64,000 nt of DNA from an uncultured Actinomycetota bacterium (GTDB taxonomy: Bacteria; Actinomycetota; Actinomycetes; JAHEKZ01). This document shows, piece after piece, positions 29,582-39,825 of the stretch. Under the pieces are notes generated by a model that was not told where the DNA came from, ran no database searches, and worked only from the letters and a program-made list of their open reading frames with translations. Every line of letters starts with the position of its first letter. Within the stretch, counting starts at the first letter, position 1. Location of the stretch: positions 968 through 64,967 of the forward strand of contig CAVQHW010000005.1 of the NCBI GenBank assembly GCA_963712425.1. Direction: 5' to 3'. Both the position numbers and the translations under genes were made by a program.

Positions 29582-29791
29582 GTGTACGTCTGCATCTGTC
29601 ACGCGGTGACCCGGGACGAGTTCGACCGGGTCGTTGAGTCTGGCGCGCGCTGCGTCGACTCTGTGGGTGACCGCTGCGGTGCTGGCACCGGGTGTGGCAG
29701 TTGTCGCGAGCGTCTGGCTGCGTTGTTGTCGACGTCATCGTCGACCGGGTTCGCGGAAGGGCGACTTGACGCCGTCTCCGTGTCCGCGTGA
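29582..29791 (+). CDS. bfd: bacterioferritin-associated ferredoxin, (2Fe-2S)-binding
   Basis: MYVCICHAVT...CGAGTGCGSC. These are the four Cys of the BFD-like [2Fe-2S] domain. It is immediately upstream of bfr. Confidence 0.85.
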   Translation: MYVCICHAVTRDEFDRVVESGARCVDSVGDRCGAGTGCGSCRERLAALLSTSSSTGFAEGRLDAVSVSA

Positions 29792-29827
29792 GGGTGTCGC
29801 AGACACTCCAACGCGAAGGGAACTCGC

Positions 29828-30307
29828 ATGCAGGGCGACGCGCGAGTCATTGAGTACCTCAACGAGCAGCTCACCGCTGAGCTGACTGCGATCAATCAGT
29901 ACTTCCTGCACGCGAAGATGCAAGAGAACTGGGGCTACACGACACTCGCGGCGTACACCCGTCATGAGTCGATCGATGAGATGAAGCACGCCGAGGCTCT
30001 GACCGACCGCATCTTGTTCCTCGAAGGCCTGCCCAACTACCAACGAATCTCGCCGATCGAGGTCGGCGGCACCGTCACTGAACAGTTCCGCAGTGACATG
30101 GCGATCGAAGCAGCAGCGATTACCCGGCTGCGCGAAGGCGCGACCTACATGCGCAGCATCGGTGACATCACGAGTGCGGCAATCTTCGAGTCGATCCTGG
30201 CCGATGAAGAGCACCACATCGACTACCTCGAAACGCAGCTCGAACTGATCGACAAACTCGGCGAGCAGTTGTACCTCGCCAACGTCACGGAGCATCCCCC
30301 AGCCTGA
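29828..30307 (+). CDS. bfr: bacterioferritin
   Basis: 159 aa. MQGDARVIEYLNEQLTAELTAINQYFLHAKM... with the ferroxidase-centre residues (E..EE.H) and the heme Met typical of Bfr. Confidence 0.9.
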   Translation: MQGDARVIEYLNEQLTAELTAINQYFLHAKMQENWGYTTLAAYTRHESIDEMKHAEALTDRILFLEGLPNYQRISPIEVGGTVTEQFRSDMAIEAAAITRLREGATYMRSIGDITSAAIFESILADEEHHIDYLETQLELIDKLGEQLYLANVTEHPPA

Positions 30308-30349
30308 TTGGCCTGACCGCGGCTTCGTCGGCTTCAGCGGCCGCGGCCG

Positions 30350-30895
30350 CTATGCCTCCCAAAGGGCGGGCACCATCAGCGGCTCTTGCCACTGGATTCG
30401 CACACCCTCAAGCGCCTCTCTGGTCGCCGCGTCGTCAGTGAGCAGCAGGGTTTGCCACGCCGATTGATGCTGCGGCGCGACGTCGTACGGAGGCAAGGGC
30501 CCGGCCGGTAGTAGCGAGCGAAAGCCGAAGCGGGCGTAGTAGTCGGGGTCACCGAACACACTGACGGCGCGCGCACCAGCGTCGGTCGCGGACTCGAGTG
30601 CGGCACGAGTCACGGCGGTGCCGACTCCTGCGTTCTGGTGGCTGGGGAGCACGGCAAGCGGGCACAGGATCAGCACTGTGATGGCTCGATCACCGGGCAC
30701 CTCACCCGGTGTCAGCAGCACATGACCGACAACCGCGCCATCGATCTCGGCCACCCACGACTCGACGGGCACAGCCTGATCAACGATCAAGCTGGCTACC
30801 AAGTCGGCCTCGATGTCGGTCGAGAACGCGGCACGGTGAAGGGCGACAATCGCCGCAGTATCGGACGCCGTTGCGCGTCGGCAGTGCACGGTCAC
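30350..30895 (-). CDS. GNAT family N-acetyltransferase
   Basis: HQNAGVGTAV motif and YYARFGF. Its start overlaps the TetR gene end by 4 nt. Confidence 0.75.
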   Translation of the reverse strand: MTVHCRRATASDTAAIVALHRAAFSTDIEADLVASLIVDQAVPVESWVAEIDGAVVGHVLLTPGEVPGDRAITVLILCPLAVLPSHQNAGVGTAVTRAALESATDAGARAVSVFGDPDYYARFGFRSLLPAGPLPPYDVAPQHQSAWQTLLLTDDAATREALEGVRIQWQEPLMVPALWEA

Positions 30896-31485
30896 GCGAG
30901 CAACTCGCGCTCAACCACTCCACGCAGCGCGGCACGAAGCCGCCACCGGTTCTCGAGCGAAGGTTGCAGTAGCACTTGGATGCCAAGGCCATCGAACAAT
31001 CCGGCGAAACGCAGGGCGAAGTCAGCGGGGTCAACCTCTTGTGAGAACTGACCTTGGCGCTGGCCGTTACGCACGATCGACTCGATCATGCCGACCCACC
31101 TGGTGTAGATCTCGTGGTTGCGTTCCCGCAGCTCGTCGCGTCCGCGCGCCTCATTCCAGAACTCGAGCCAGATCGCCCACTCGTCTGCGACGTCGGCGTC
31201 GGGGATCTGCAGGTCGATGAGACGAAGCAGCTGCTCGCGCGGCTCGGCCAGCGTGACCAGCTCAGCGCGGTGGCGCTGGTGGGACCGCTCGGAGGCGTGC
31301 TGCAGTGCGGCGTCGAGCACATCGACCTTGGTCGGGAAGTAGTAGTGGACCGTCCCGGTGCTGGTGCCAGCGCGGCGGGCGATGTCAGAAACCCGGGCCG
31401 AGGCGTAGCCGCGCTCGACGACAACGGTCACCGCGGCGTCCAGAATCGCCCTGCGGCGATCTTCTTCGGCGGCGACAACACTCAT
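30892..31485 (-). CDS. TetR/AcrR family transcriptional regulator
   Basis: HTH ARVSDIARRAGTSTGTVHYYFPTK. It is divergent from the acyl-CoA catabolic operon. Confidence 0.85.
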   Translation of the reverse strand: MSVVAAEEDRRRAILDAAVTVVVERGYASARVSDIARRAGTSTGTVHYYFPTKVDVLDAALQHASERSHQRHRAELVTLAEPREQLLRLIDLQIPDADVADEWAIWLEFWNEARGRDELRERNHEIYTRWVGMIESIVRNGQRQGQFSQEVDPADFALRFAGLFDGLGIQVLLQPSLENRWRLRAALRGVVERELLA

Positions 31486-31637
31486 GGCGGCATACTAACT
31501 GACGCGTCAGTTGTCTGTCACCCGATCGGCGCGTGGCACTAGACAGGGCAGATTCCACCTGCTGGAATGGGGCCGTCAGAGGTATTGACTGACGCGTCAG
31601 ATAGTCCCACCATGCTCAAGTGACCACTGGAGGACCC

Positions 31638-32828
31638 ATGTTGCGTGACCTGCCGACCGAGCTGGTCCCGCTCACCGATGAGCAGCAGGCCATCGTTGAG
31701 CTCACGCGCACCTTCGCCGAGAAAGAGATCCGTCCGATCGCTCGTGAGGTCGACGAAGCCGATGTCGAGACGCCGTGGGGCATCTGGCGCAAGGCCGCCG
31801 AGGTGGGCTTGACCGCGTTCATGCTTCCTGAGGAGTACGGCGGTGGCGGCTTCACTGACATGTTCAGCCAGTGCTTGGTGCAGGAGGAGCTCTGCGCGGG
31901 CGACCCCGGCATCGGCAACTTGGTGGCGTCGAACGGGTTCTTCGCGCACCCGGTGATGGAGCTCGGCAACGACGAGCAGAAGACGCGGTGGTTGACGCCG
32001 CTCGCCCAGGCCGACACCCCCATGACATCCCTGGCCGTGACCGAGCCAGAAGTCGGCTCTGACTCTGCGGCGATGACGACGAAGGCAGTCAAAGTCGAGG
32101 GCGGGTATCGGATCACCGGGCAGAAGACCTGGATCAGCAACGGCGGTTCCGCTGAGTTCTACGTGGTGTTCGCCAAGACCGATCCGACGCAGCGGGCTCG
32201 AGGCGTCACCGCTTTCATGCTGAAGAAGGGCGCAGAAGGGCTGTCCTTCGGGCAGCCCATGAAGAAGATGGGTCAACGTGCGCTCGTCAACACCGAGGTC
32301 TTTCTCGACAACGTGTTCGTTCCTGACAAGGACCGGCTCGGTGATGAGGGTCAGGGCTTCTACGGCCTGATGCACACGTTCGATGCGTCACGCGCGATTC
32401 TCGGCGCCGCAGCAACGGGCGCGGCGCGCGCCGCCACCGAGTACGCGCTCGAATACGCACAGACTCGCAAGCAGTTCGGAAAGCCGATCATCGAGCACCA
32501 GGCCGTGGCCTTCCGATTGGCCGATATGGCGACTCGGGTCGAGCAGGCCCGGTTGCTGGTGTGGCGTGCGGCCAAGCGGCTTGACGCTGGCCTTGATGCT
32601 GCGGCGATTTGTGCGCAAGCCAAGCTCGCGGCGTCCGAGACCGCGATGTTCTGTACGTGGGGGGCGGTTCAGACGCTGGGTGGCTGGGGCTACTCGCGTG
32701 AGTTCTTGGCCGAGAAGTGGATGCGGGACGCCAAGCTCGAAGAGATCGAAGAAGGCACCTCTGACATTCAGCGACTCATCATTTCTCGACGTCTGGCTAC
32801 CAGCCCACCGATCGGAGCCTTCTCATGA
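31638..32828 (+). CDS. acyl-CoA dehydrogenase
   Basis: ACAD fold motifs (MLPEEYGGGG, TEPEVGSD, GQKTWISNG, C-terminal EGTSDIQRLII). The ATG at 31638 has a ggagg SD 6 nt upstream. The ORF also opens at GTG 31620. Confidence 0.85.
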   Translation: MLRDLPTELVPLTDEQQAIVELTRTFAEKEIRPIAREVDEADVETPWGIWRKAAEVGLTAFMLPEEYGGGGFTDMFSQCLVQEELCAGDPGIGNLVASNGFFAHPVMELGNDEQKTRWLTPLAQADTPMTSLAVTEPEVGSDSAAMTTKAVKVEGGYRITGQKTWISNGGSAEFYVVFAKTDPTQRARGVTAFMLKKGAEGLSFGQPMKKMGQRALVNTEVFLDNVFVPDKDRLGDEGQGFYGLMHTFDASRAILGAAATGAARAATEYALEYAQTRKQFGKPIIEHQAVAFRLADMATRVEQARLLVWRAAKRLDAGLDAAAICAQAKLAASETAMFCTWGAVQTLGGWGYSREFLAEKWMRDAKLEEIEEGTSDIQRLIISRRLATSPPIGAFS

Positions 32829-33643
32829 CAGAGCTCATGACCGAGCAAAAGTTCTCAGGCAAGGTCGCCGTCGTCACAGGCGGCGGTAGTGGCATCGGTC
32901 TTGGCATCGCCCATCGACTCGCAGCTGGCGGTGCGTCAGTGGCACTCATCGGGCGTAACGTCGACAAGCTCGCCGCGGCCCGCGCTGCGATCGAGGCGGC
33001 AAGCCCAGGTGCTTCCGTCACGACGCGCAGCCTTGACGTCCGCGATGCGGACGCGGTCGGCGAGGCGTTCGACTCGATCACTGAAGAGTTGGGTGGGCTG
33101 CACCTGCTCGTCAACAACGCAGCTGGCAACTTCGTGGTGCCAGCCGAGGACATGAGCCCGAACGGGTTCAAGGCGGTCGTCGACATCGTGCTCAACGGTT
33201 CGTTCTACTGCTCCCGCGCATTCGCGCGCATTGTCAAAGAGCGCGATCACGGGGGTTCGATCCTCAACGTCATCGCTACCTATGCCTGGACGGGACACCC
33301 CGGCGTTGTTCACAGCGCGGCCGCCAAGGCTGGCGTGCAGGCGATGACTCGCACGCTTGCAGTGGAGTGGGCGCGCTACGGCATTCGCATCAACTGCATT
33401 GCGCCCGGCCCCACCGAGACCGAAGGTGCTGGCGCGGCGCTTTGGCCGACGGAGGAAGACCGGACGAGCCTGACCAACTCCGTGCCGCTCAAGCGATTCA
33501 CGACTCCTGAAGAGGTCGCAACATCGGCGGCGTTCCTGCTGTCTGACGATGCCGCGTACATCACGGGCGACACCCTTGTCGTTGACGGTGGCCAGTGGCT
33601 TGGCAAGCAGGTCTACGGGTTCTCAGGGGCGAGGTCGTGGTGA
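32825..33643 (+). CDS. SDR family oxidoreductase (2,4-dienoyl-CoA reductase-like)
   Basis: Rossmann VVTGGGSGIG, NNAAG. The catalytic region is SAAAKAG (Ser-Lys type, as in dienoyl-CoA reductases). It overlaps its neighbours by 4 nt at both ends. Confidence 0.85.
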   Translation: MTELMTEQKFSGKVAVVTGGGSGIGLGIAHRLAAGGASVALIGRNVDKLAAARAAIEAASPGASVTTRSLDVRDADAVGEAFDSITEELGGLHLLVNNAAGNFVVPAEDMSPNGFKAVVDIVLNGSFYCSRAFARIVKERDHGGSILNVIATYAWTGHPGVVHSAAAKAGVQAMTRTLAVEWARYGIRINCIAPGPTETEGAGAALWPTEEDRTSLTNSVPLKRFTTPEEVATSAAFLLSDDAAYITGDTLVVDGGQWLGKQVYGFSGARSW

Positions 33644-35283
33644 CGACGTCCGACCAGCCGACTCGGCTGACCGGCGTCACCGGTGGTGAAGTCGTCGTCG
33701 CAGCGATGGCCCTGCACGACGTTCGCGTGGTGTTCGGCATTCCAGGCACGCACAACCTCACGGTCTTTGACGCTTTGACGCGATACGGAATTCGCACCGT
33801 CGGCACCACCCACGAGCAGGGCGCTGGCTTTGCGGCCGACGGCTATGCGCGTACTACCGGACGCCCCGGCGTTGCGGTGGTGACGAGTGGGCCGGCGGTT
33901 TACAACGCCGCCACCGCCGTCGCGCAGGCGTACTCCGACTCGATCCCGATGCTGTTGGTGAGCCCCGGAATGCCACGCACCTTGCCGGTCGGTGGGCCTG
34001 GTAGCGGTTACCTTCACGAAGCCAAAGACCAGACCGGGGCGATGGATCGCATCGCGGCTCGGTGCCTGCGCGCCACGACGCATCAACAGATCGCCGACGC
34101 CGTCGCTGAGGCCTTCACCGCGTTCTCGGGTGGACGCCAGCGTCCCATCCACCTCGAAGTTCCCCTCGACCTGTTGGAAGAGGTGGGCGACGCCCAACTC
34201 CGCCAGGCATCGACGGTCGACCTGGTGGCGGCCGACAGTGCCCTGATCGCTGAGGCAGCACGTCGGCTGTCGGTCGCAGTGCGTCCCGTCATCGTCGCCG
34301 GAGGTGGTGCGCGCACGGCGTCCACTGCCCTCACCGCGGTCGCCGAACGTTTGGCTGCGCCGGTGGCGACCACGATCAACGGCAAGGGTGCGGTCGACGA
34401 GAGTCATCGGCTTTCGTTGGGAACCCGCATGGGTTCGTCGTCGGTATTGGCTGCGGCAGACGAGGCCGACGTGCTGTTGCTCATCGGTTCCGAGGTGGGC
34501 AACTCCGACCTGTGGCAGGGCATGTTGGCGCCACGAGGTCACGTCATTCGCGTTGACATCGACCCGCAAATGGCGAACGTGAACGTGAGCGCTGACACGA
34601 TGCTCGTGGGCGATGCCGCCACGGTGCTGGGTCAGCTCGATGCGGCCCTCGACGATCTTGGCGTCGCCAATCGCACCGTTCCAGGGTGGGTCGACGCACT
34701 ACGCGCTGAGGCAATCGCCGAGACCGCCTCGGCCGGTGCGAAGTGGGCGCCGTGGATGGCTGCTATCGACGCAGCCCGAGACGATGACGCCATCGTCGCT
34801 ACCGACAACGCGATGTGCGTCTACTTCGGCGCCATCCCCTCGATGTCGATGGATCGACCGAGCAGCTTTCACTTTCCGACCGGCTTCGGGACGCTGGGCT
34901 ACACCGTCCCAGTCGCTGTCGGAGCGGCGCTCGCTGCCCCCGACCGACAGGTCATTGGCATCACCGGCGACGGCGGGCTGCTCTTCACTGCTCCCGAGCT
35001 GGCTGTCGCGGCGGCCGAGCAACTGCCGGTCGCCATAGTCGTGTTCGACAACAGTGGGTACGGCGAGATTCGAGCAGAAATGCTCGAACGCGCAGAGAAG
35101 CCGCTGGCAGTCGACGCGCCGCCTCGCGACCTCGTGCTACTGGCGCAGGCGCTTGGGGCGCACGGCGTCCGCATCGACACTCCAGAGCAGCTGACGTCCG
35201 AGATTCGTGCAGCAGCAGAACGTCACGGGCCCACCGTCCTTGTGGTGACCGAACCAGCCCCACCGGAAGGATCAGCACGTTGA
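33637..35283 (+). CDS. thiamine pyrophosphate-binding enzyme (acetolactate synthase large subunit-like)
   Basis: TPP_enzyme N, central and C-terminal domains (GIPGTHNL, GxGDGG motif ITGDGGLLF). GTG start overlaps the SDR stop (GTGA). Confidence 0.8.
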   Translation: MVTTSDQPTRLTGVTGGEVVVAAMALHDVRVVFGIPGTHNLTVFDALTRYGIRTVGTTHEQGAGFAADGYARTTGRPGVAVVTSGPAVYNAATAVAQAYSDSIPMLLVSPGMPRTLPVGGPGSGYLHEAKDQTGAMDRIAARCLRATTHQQIADAVAEAFTAFSGGRQRPIHLEVPLDLLEEVGDAQLRQASTVDLVAADSALIAEAARRLSVAVRPVIVAGGGARTASTALTAVAERLAAPVATTINGKGAVDESHRLSLGTRMGSSSVLAAADEADVLLLIGSEVGNSDLWQGMLAPRGHVIRVDIDPQMANVNVSADTMLVGDAATVLGQLDAALDDLGVANRTVPGWVDALRAEAIAETASAGAKWAPWMAAIDAARDDDAIVATDNAMCVYFGAIPSMSMDRPSSFHFPTGFGTLGYTVPVAVGAALAAPDRQVIGITGDGGLLFTAPELAVAAAEQLPVAIVVFDNSGYGEIRAEMLERAEKPLAVDAPPRDLVLLAQALGAHGVRIDTPEQLTSEIRAAAERHGPTVLVVTEPAPPEGSAR

Positions 35284-36488
35284 GTTCTCACGACTCCTAT
35301 CTCGAGCTCACCTGGACCGACGAGGTCACGGGTATCAAGGGCTACGTCGTCATCGACACACTGAGCCGCGGTGTCGCTGGTGGCGGCCTGCGCATGCGCG
35401 ACGGTGTAACGGTCGACGAGGTGCGCGACCTCGCGCAAGCGATGACGCTGAAAGAGGCAGTCGTCTACACCGAGGGCGATCGGTACATCCCGCTTGGCGG
35501 CGCGAAGGCCGGCATCGACTGCGACCCATACGACCCGCGAGCGCGCGAGGTGCTGGGCCGCTTCGGCCGCGCGATGCGGCCGCTGATCCAGTCGCTGTTC
35601 GCCACCGGGGAAGACTTCGGGGTACGCCAGGACGTCATCGACGAAGTGTTCGCCGACGAAGGCATCCGCTCGTCAGCTGAGTCAGCACTCGCGCTGGTGG
35701 ACGACGGCGCTGATGCCGCACACGACCGACTCAAGGAAGCTTTCGCAGTCACCGTCGACGGCGTCGGCCTCGGTGAGCTGGTGGGTGGCTACGGCGTCGC
35801 TGAGACAGCCCTCGCGGCGCTCGAGTTCCGCGGTCTCGAAGCCTCGACGGCAACCGCCGTCGTGCAGGGTTTCGGGTCGATGGGTGGGGCGACAGCTCGC
35901 TACCTCGCGATCGCCGGCGTGCGCGTCGTCGGTGTCGCCGACCGAGAGGGCCTGATCTACAACCCGGCTGGGCTCGATGTGGAAGACCTGCTCGCACACC
36001 GAGACGCATTCGGCGTCATCGATCGCAGTCGCTTGCGCCAGGGTGACGAGCTGCGTCCGGGGGAGGACTGGATCGGTGCCGATGCCGACGTGCTCATACC
36101 CGCAGCAATGTCGTACGTGATCACCAGCGACAACGTCGACCGCATCAAGGCCAGCATCATCTGTGAAGCGGCCAACGTGGCCACGCTGCCTGAAGCCGAA
36201 GCGGCACTGCTCGAGCGCGGGGTCACTGTCGTCCCCGACTTCGTGGCCAACGTCGGCACGAACGCCTGGTGGTGGTGGGTCGCCTTCGCCGACATCGCGC
36301 CCACCGCCGAGGCCTCGTTCGCGAAGATCTCTGGCGTCCTGCGTCCGCTGACGCATGAGCTGCTCGATCGTGCGCGCCGCGAACGCACGTCACCGCGTGA
36401 GGCGGCTACGGCGATCTCAGAGGAGAAGCGCACCGATGTGGCTCGGCACTACCCGACCTCGGTGAAGTCTGCAGCGGTGGCTCGCTGA
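35280..36488 (+). CDS. Glu/Leu/Phe/Val dehydrogenase family protein
   Basis: Lys-Gly-rich substrate motif GGAKAGI and the NAD(P) Rossmann GFGSMGG. TTG start overlaps the TPP-enzyme stop (TTGA). The long upstream ORF extension is antisense to nothing but lacks a start and was rejected. Confidence 0.75.
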   Translation: MSSHDSYLELTWTDEVTGIKGYVVIDTLSRGVAGGGLRMRDGVTVDEVRDLAQAMTLKEAVVYTEGDRYIPLGGAKAGIDCDPYDPRAREVLGRFGRAMRPLIQSLFATGEDFGVRQDVIDEVFADEGIRSSAESALALVDDGADAAHDRLKEAFAVTVDGVGLGELVGGYGVAETALAALEFRGLEASTATAVVQGFGSMGGATARYLAIAGVRVVGVADREGLIYNPAGLDVEDLLAHRDAFGVIDRSRLRQGDELRPGEDWIGADADVLIPAAMSYVITSDNVDRIKASIICEAANVATLPEAEAALLERGVTVVPDFVANVGTNAWWWWVAFADIAPTAEASFAKISGVLRPLTHELLDRARRERTSPREAATAISEEKRTDVARHYPTSVKSAAVAR

Positions 36489-38533
36489 TGGCTGACAACT
36501 CAGCAGCGCTTGAGTCGCTCTTTGCGCCGACGAGCATCGCAGTCATCGGTGCCAGCGACGACATCCGCAAATGGGGTAACTGGCTAGCTAAGGGGGCATT
36601 GGCTGGCCCGGTTCCCGTTCATCTCGTCAACGCACGTGCCGACGTCGTGCTCGGACGCCCCGCCGTCCCCTCGCTCACCGGTGCGGGTCTCACCTGCGAC
36701 CTCGCAGTCGTCGCAGTTCCAGCGGCGGCGTTCGAGTCTGCCGTCGACGACGCCCTTGCTGCTGGTGCCCGCGCGATCGTGGGGATCAGCGCAGGCCTGG
36801 GTGAAGCCGGAGCAGAGGGTAAAGCGCGTGAAGAGGCCGTTGTCGAGCGTGTTCGTGCCGCCGGTGCGGTGCTCCTTGGGCCCAACTGCCTCGGCGTCTC
36901 TGACGCGGCCGCCGGTCTGTCGCTCACGTCCAACCCGTTGCCGACGGGCGACATCGCCTTCATCTCGCAGAGCGGCAACCTGTCTCTCGAGCTTGCGCAG
37001 TTGCTCGAAGATCACTCGCTCGGGTTCTCTCGCTTTGCCAGTTTGGGCAACCAAGCGCACATCGACGCCGCAGACCTCGTCGAGGCCACGGTCTCGCACG
37101 ACAGCACCAAGGTGGTCGCGGTCTACTGCGAAGACTTTCGCGACGGACGTCGGTTCGCGCAGGCGGCGCTCGATGCGAGGGACGCAGGCAAGGCGGTGGT
37201 GTTGCTCACCGTCGGCGCCAGCGAGGCATCGGCTCGCCAAGCGTCGTCGCACACGGCGTCCTTGGTGTCCTCGTCCGACGTCGTCGATGCAGCGTGCGCT
37301 GCCGGGGGCATCGTCCGTGTGCATACCCCGTCGCAGATGGCGGACGCCTTGGCGCTACTGCGTGAGTCACCGATCGCTGCGGGCCGGAAGGTGGCAATCA
37401 TCACCGATGGTGGTGGCCACGCGTCGATCGCCGCCGATGTGGCGGAGTCGATGGAGCTTTCGGTCGTGCAGTTCACTGACGGGCTCGGCGCGACGGTTGC
37501 CGCCGAGCTTCCGGCAGCAGCCACGAGCTTCAACCCCATCGATGTTGCTGGTGGCTTCGAGCAAGACCTCGCCTGCTCGGGTCGCATCGTGCGGTCGGTG
37601 CTGAACAGTGGTGAAGTCGACGCGATGGTCGTCAGCGGGTACTACGGCGGGTACGGCCTGTACGGCGAAGCATTGGCTGAACTCGAGGTCGAGTCTGCGC
37701 GTGCCATGGCCCAAGCGGTCGCGGAGTCGGGACGACCGTTGGCGGTCCACTCGATGTATCCCAGCAGCCCAGCCGCTGTCGAGCTGCGCGCTGGGGGAGT
37801 ACCCGTCTACCGCACGATCGAAGGTGCGATGCGGTCATTGTCTGAGACGGCAGGCGTCGCTCCAGTTGGTATGACCGCGTTGCCCAGCGCCGAGGCTCCG
37901 CTCACTGACCTTGGCTACTGGGACGTCCGAGCATCTTTGGTCAAGGCGGGAATTGCGTTTCCTGCCGCGCACTTAGTGGCGTCGGCGTCCGAGTTCGATG
38001 GTGTGCTGCCCGATGTGCAGTACCCGGTGGTGTTGAAGGCCATGGGGCTGTTGCACAAGAGCGATCTTGGCGGCGTCAGGCTCGGGATCTCCAACGCTGC
38101 TGAGCTGCGTTCGGAGTACGAGTCGATGGTTGAGCGGCTCTCGCCACCGGCGGTCACGATCGAGCAGATGGTCGACACCTCTGACGGAGTTGAGCTGATC
38201 GTGGGAGTTCGCCAGGACGAGCGCTTCGGACCGGTTGCCATGGTTGGCGTCGGTGGCGTTCTCACCGAGGTGCTCGACGACGTTGCGACGTCGCTGGCAC
38301 CGATGGAATCCTCGCGCGCCATCGACCTGCTGCGTTCGCTGCGCTCAGCCGCGCTGCTCGACGGCGTCCGTGGCCGTCCAGCCGTCGACCTTGAGTCGGT
38401 GGCCGAGCAGATCGCGATCATCACGCGCTTCGCGTGCGCACACCCCGAGCTCGCCGATCTCGAGGTCAACCCACTACTCGCTACTGCCAATGGGGCAGTG
38501 GCGCTCGATGCCAGGGCGATCGCTGCGCGGTAA
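36488..38533 (+). CDS. acetate--CoA ligase family protein (ADP-forming acyl-CoA synthetase, fused alpha/beta domains)
   Basis: CoA-binding IAVIGASDD...GPNCLG, succinyl-CoA-synthetase-like flavodoxin domain and C-terminal ATP-grasp. ATG overlaps the previous stop (TGATG). Confidence 0.8.
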   Translation: MADNSAALESLFAPTSIAVIGASDDIRKWGNWLAKGALAGPVPVHLVNARADVVLGRPAVPSLTGAGLTCDLAVVAVPAAAFESAVDDALAAGARAIVGISAGLGEAGAEGKAREEAVVERVRAAGAVLLGPNCLGVSDAAAGLSLTSNPLPTGDIAFISQSGNLSLELAQLLEDHSLGFSRFASLGNQAHIDAADLVEATVSHDSTKVVAVYCEDFRDGRRFAQAALDARDAGKAVVLLTVGASEASARQASSHTASLVSSSDVVDAACAAGGIVRVHTPSQMADALALLRESPIAAGRKVAIITDGGGHASIAADVAESMELSVVQFTDGLGATVAAELPAAATSFNPIDVAGGFEQDLACSGRIVRSVLNSGEVDAMVVSGYYGGYGLYGEALAELEVESARAMAQAVAESGRPLAVHSMYPSSPAAVELRAGGVPVYRTIEGAMRSLSETAGVAPVGMTALPSAEAPLTDLGYWDVRASLVKAGIAFPAAHLVASASEFDGVLPDVQYPVVLKAMGLLHKSDLGGVRLGISNAAELRSEYESMVERLSPPAVTIEQMVDTSDGVELIVGVRQDERFGPVAMVGVGGVLTEVLDDVATSLAPMESSRAIDLLRSLRSAALLDGVRGRPAVDLESVAEQIAIITRFACAHPELADLEVNPLLATANGAVALDARAIAAR

Positions 38534-38585
38534 AGGCCGCCAAGTTTCGCGACGTCACCAGAAGAAGGATGAGGAACAGCTAGTC

Positions 38586-39797
38586 ATGGACTTCAGTTAC
38601 ACCCCCGAGCAGCGCAGACTCATGGTTCGAGTCCGTGAGCTGTATGAGTTCATCAAGCCATACGAGCTCGAGTGCGAGATGAACAACGGACTGTCTGACG
38701 ACGTGCACGCCACGATTCGTCAGGCGGTTCTCGACGCTGGACTCCAGGCGGTCAACATGCCTCGCGAGTGGGGCGGCGCTGGGTTCACCACCATGGAGCA
38801 GATCCTTTACCACGAGGGCTTGGGTCGGCTGACGAACGCGCTGTGGGACACCGTGTGGCGTCCCGCGAACGCGTTGAAGGCATGCACTCCTGAGCAGCGC
38901 GAGCGCTACCTGCTACCTGGCATCCAGGGGCAGAAGCGCGATGCGATCGCTGTCACCGAGGAGTTCGCCGGATCAGACCCGCTGGCCATGACGACCACTG
39001 CGGTCAAGCACGGCGACAAGTACGTGATCAACGGCGAGAAGTGGTTCGTCACCGTCGGCGACGTCGCTGACTTCATCTTGACGCTGGCGTGGGTCGGCGA
39101 GCAGCCGACGTTGTTCATCGTCGACCGTGACGCCCCTGGGCTCAGTGTGAAGCGCACGCCGCGCTACACACACACCTTCGTGTACGAGCACCCGGAGTTT
39201 CTCTACGAGAACGTCGAGGTCGGCCCAGAGCAGATCCTGGGCGAGATCGGTCAGGGGTACGACCTGATCCGCGACTGGTTCGTCGAAGAGCGACTGATGA
39301 TCGGTGCGCGCACGGTTGGCGCTGCCACCCGCGCCATCGAAGAGTCGGTCGACTTCGCGACCAACCGCATCCAGGGTGGCGGTCCGCTGATCAACCACCA
39401 GCTGATCCAGGCGATGCTCGCCGACATGATCGTTGACACCACGGGCGCGCGAACGCTCGTCTACCAGGTGGGCAACGAGATCGATCGAGGCGACCTCGAC
39501 CGAAAGACGCTGCACGCCAAGGCCGCCGTCGTGAAGCTTGCGGCGTCCGAGGCCGCAGGTCGCGTCGTCGACAACGCGGTTCAGGTGCACGGTGGGCGTG
39601 GCTACATGCGCGACTTCGCCGTCGAGCGGCTCTACCGCGAGCTTCGCGTTGACCGGGTCTGGGAGGGCACGTCAGAGATCCAGCGCCTCATCATCGGCAA
39701 CGAGATCGCCAAGCGCGGTGTGGACGCCCTGATCTCGTTCCCAGGACAGCCCGACTACGAGGCGGCGAAGGCAGACACCGAGGCTCCCGCGGCGTAG
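38586..39797 (+). CDS. acyl-CoA dehydrogenase
   Basis: ACAD motifs (TEEFAGSDP, GEKWFVT, EGTSEIQRLIIG). The start was chosen at MDFSYTPEQ. Confidence 0.85.
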   Translation: MDFSYTPEQRRLMVRVRELYEFIKPYELECEMNNGLSDDVHATIRQAVLDAGLQAVNMPREWGGAGFTTMEQILYHEGLGRLTNALWDTVWRPANALKACTPEQRERYLLPGIQGQKRDAIAVTEEFAGSDPLAMTTTAVKHGDKYVINGEKWFVTVGDVADFILTLAWVGEQPTLFIVDRDAPGLSVKRTPRYTHTFVYEHPEFLYENVEVGPEQILGEIGQGYDLIRDWFVEERLMIGARTVGAATRAIEESVDFATNRIQGGGPLINHQLIQAMLADMIVDTTGARTLVYQVGNEIDRGDLDRKTLHAKAAVVKLAASEAAGRVVDNAVQVHGGRGYMRDFAVERLYRELRVDRVWEGTSEIQRLIIGNEIAKRGVDALISFPGQPDYEAAKADTEAPAA

Positions 39798-39825
39798 CTG
39801 CTGGCGCGCTCAGCTGCACACTCGG

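Noticed and set aside
30308-30349. Palindromic GC-rich stretch (ccgcggc…gccgcgg, gcggccgcggccgc) between convergent bfr and GNAT genes as a bidirectional terminator
   Set aside because: A stem can be drawn, but the loop is long and there is no U-tract. It is too ambiguous to call from sequence alone.
34815-35279. Upstream extension of the Glu/Leu/Phe/Val dehydrogenase ORF (557 aa as listed)
   Set aside because: The extension is Arg-rich nonsense overlapping the real TPP-enzyme gene in another frame. A TTG at 35280 overlapping the TPP stop gives a normal-length protein.
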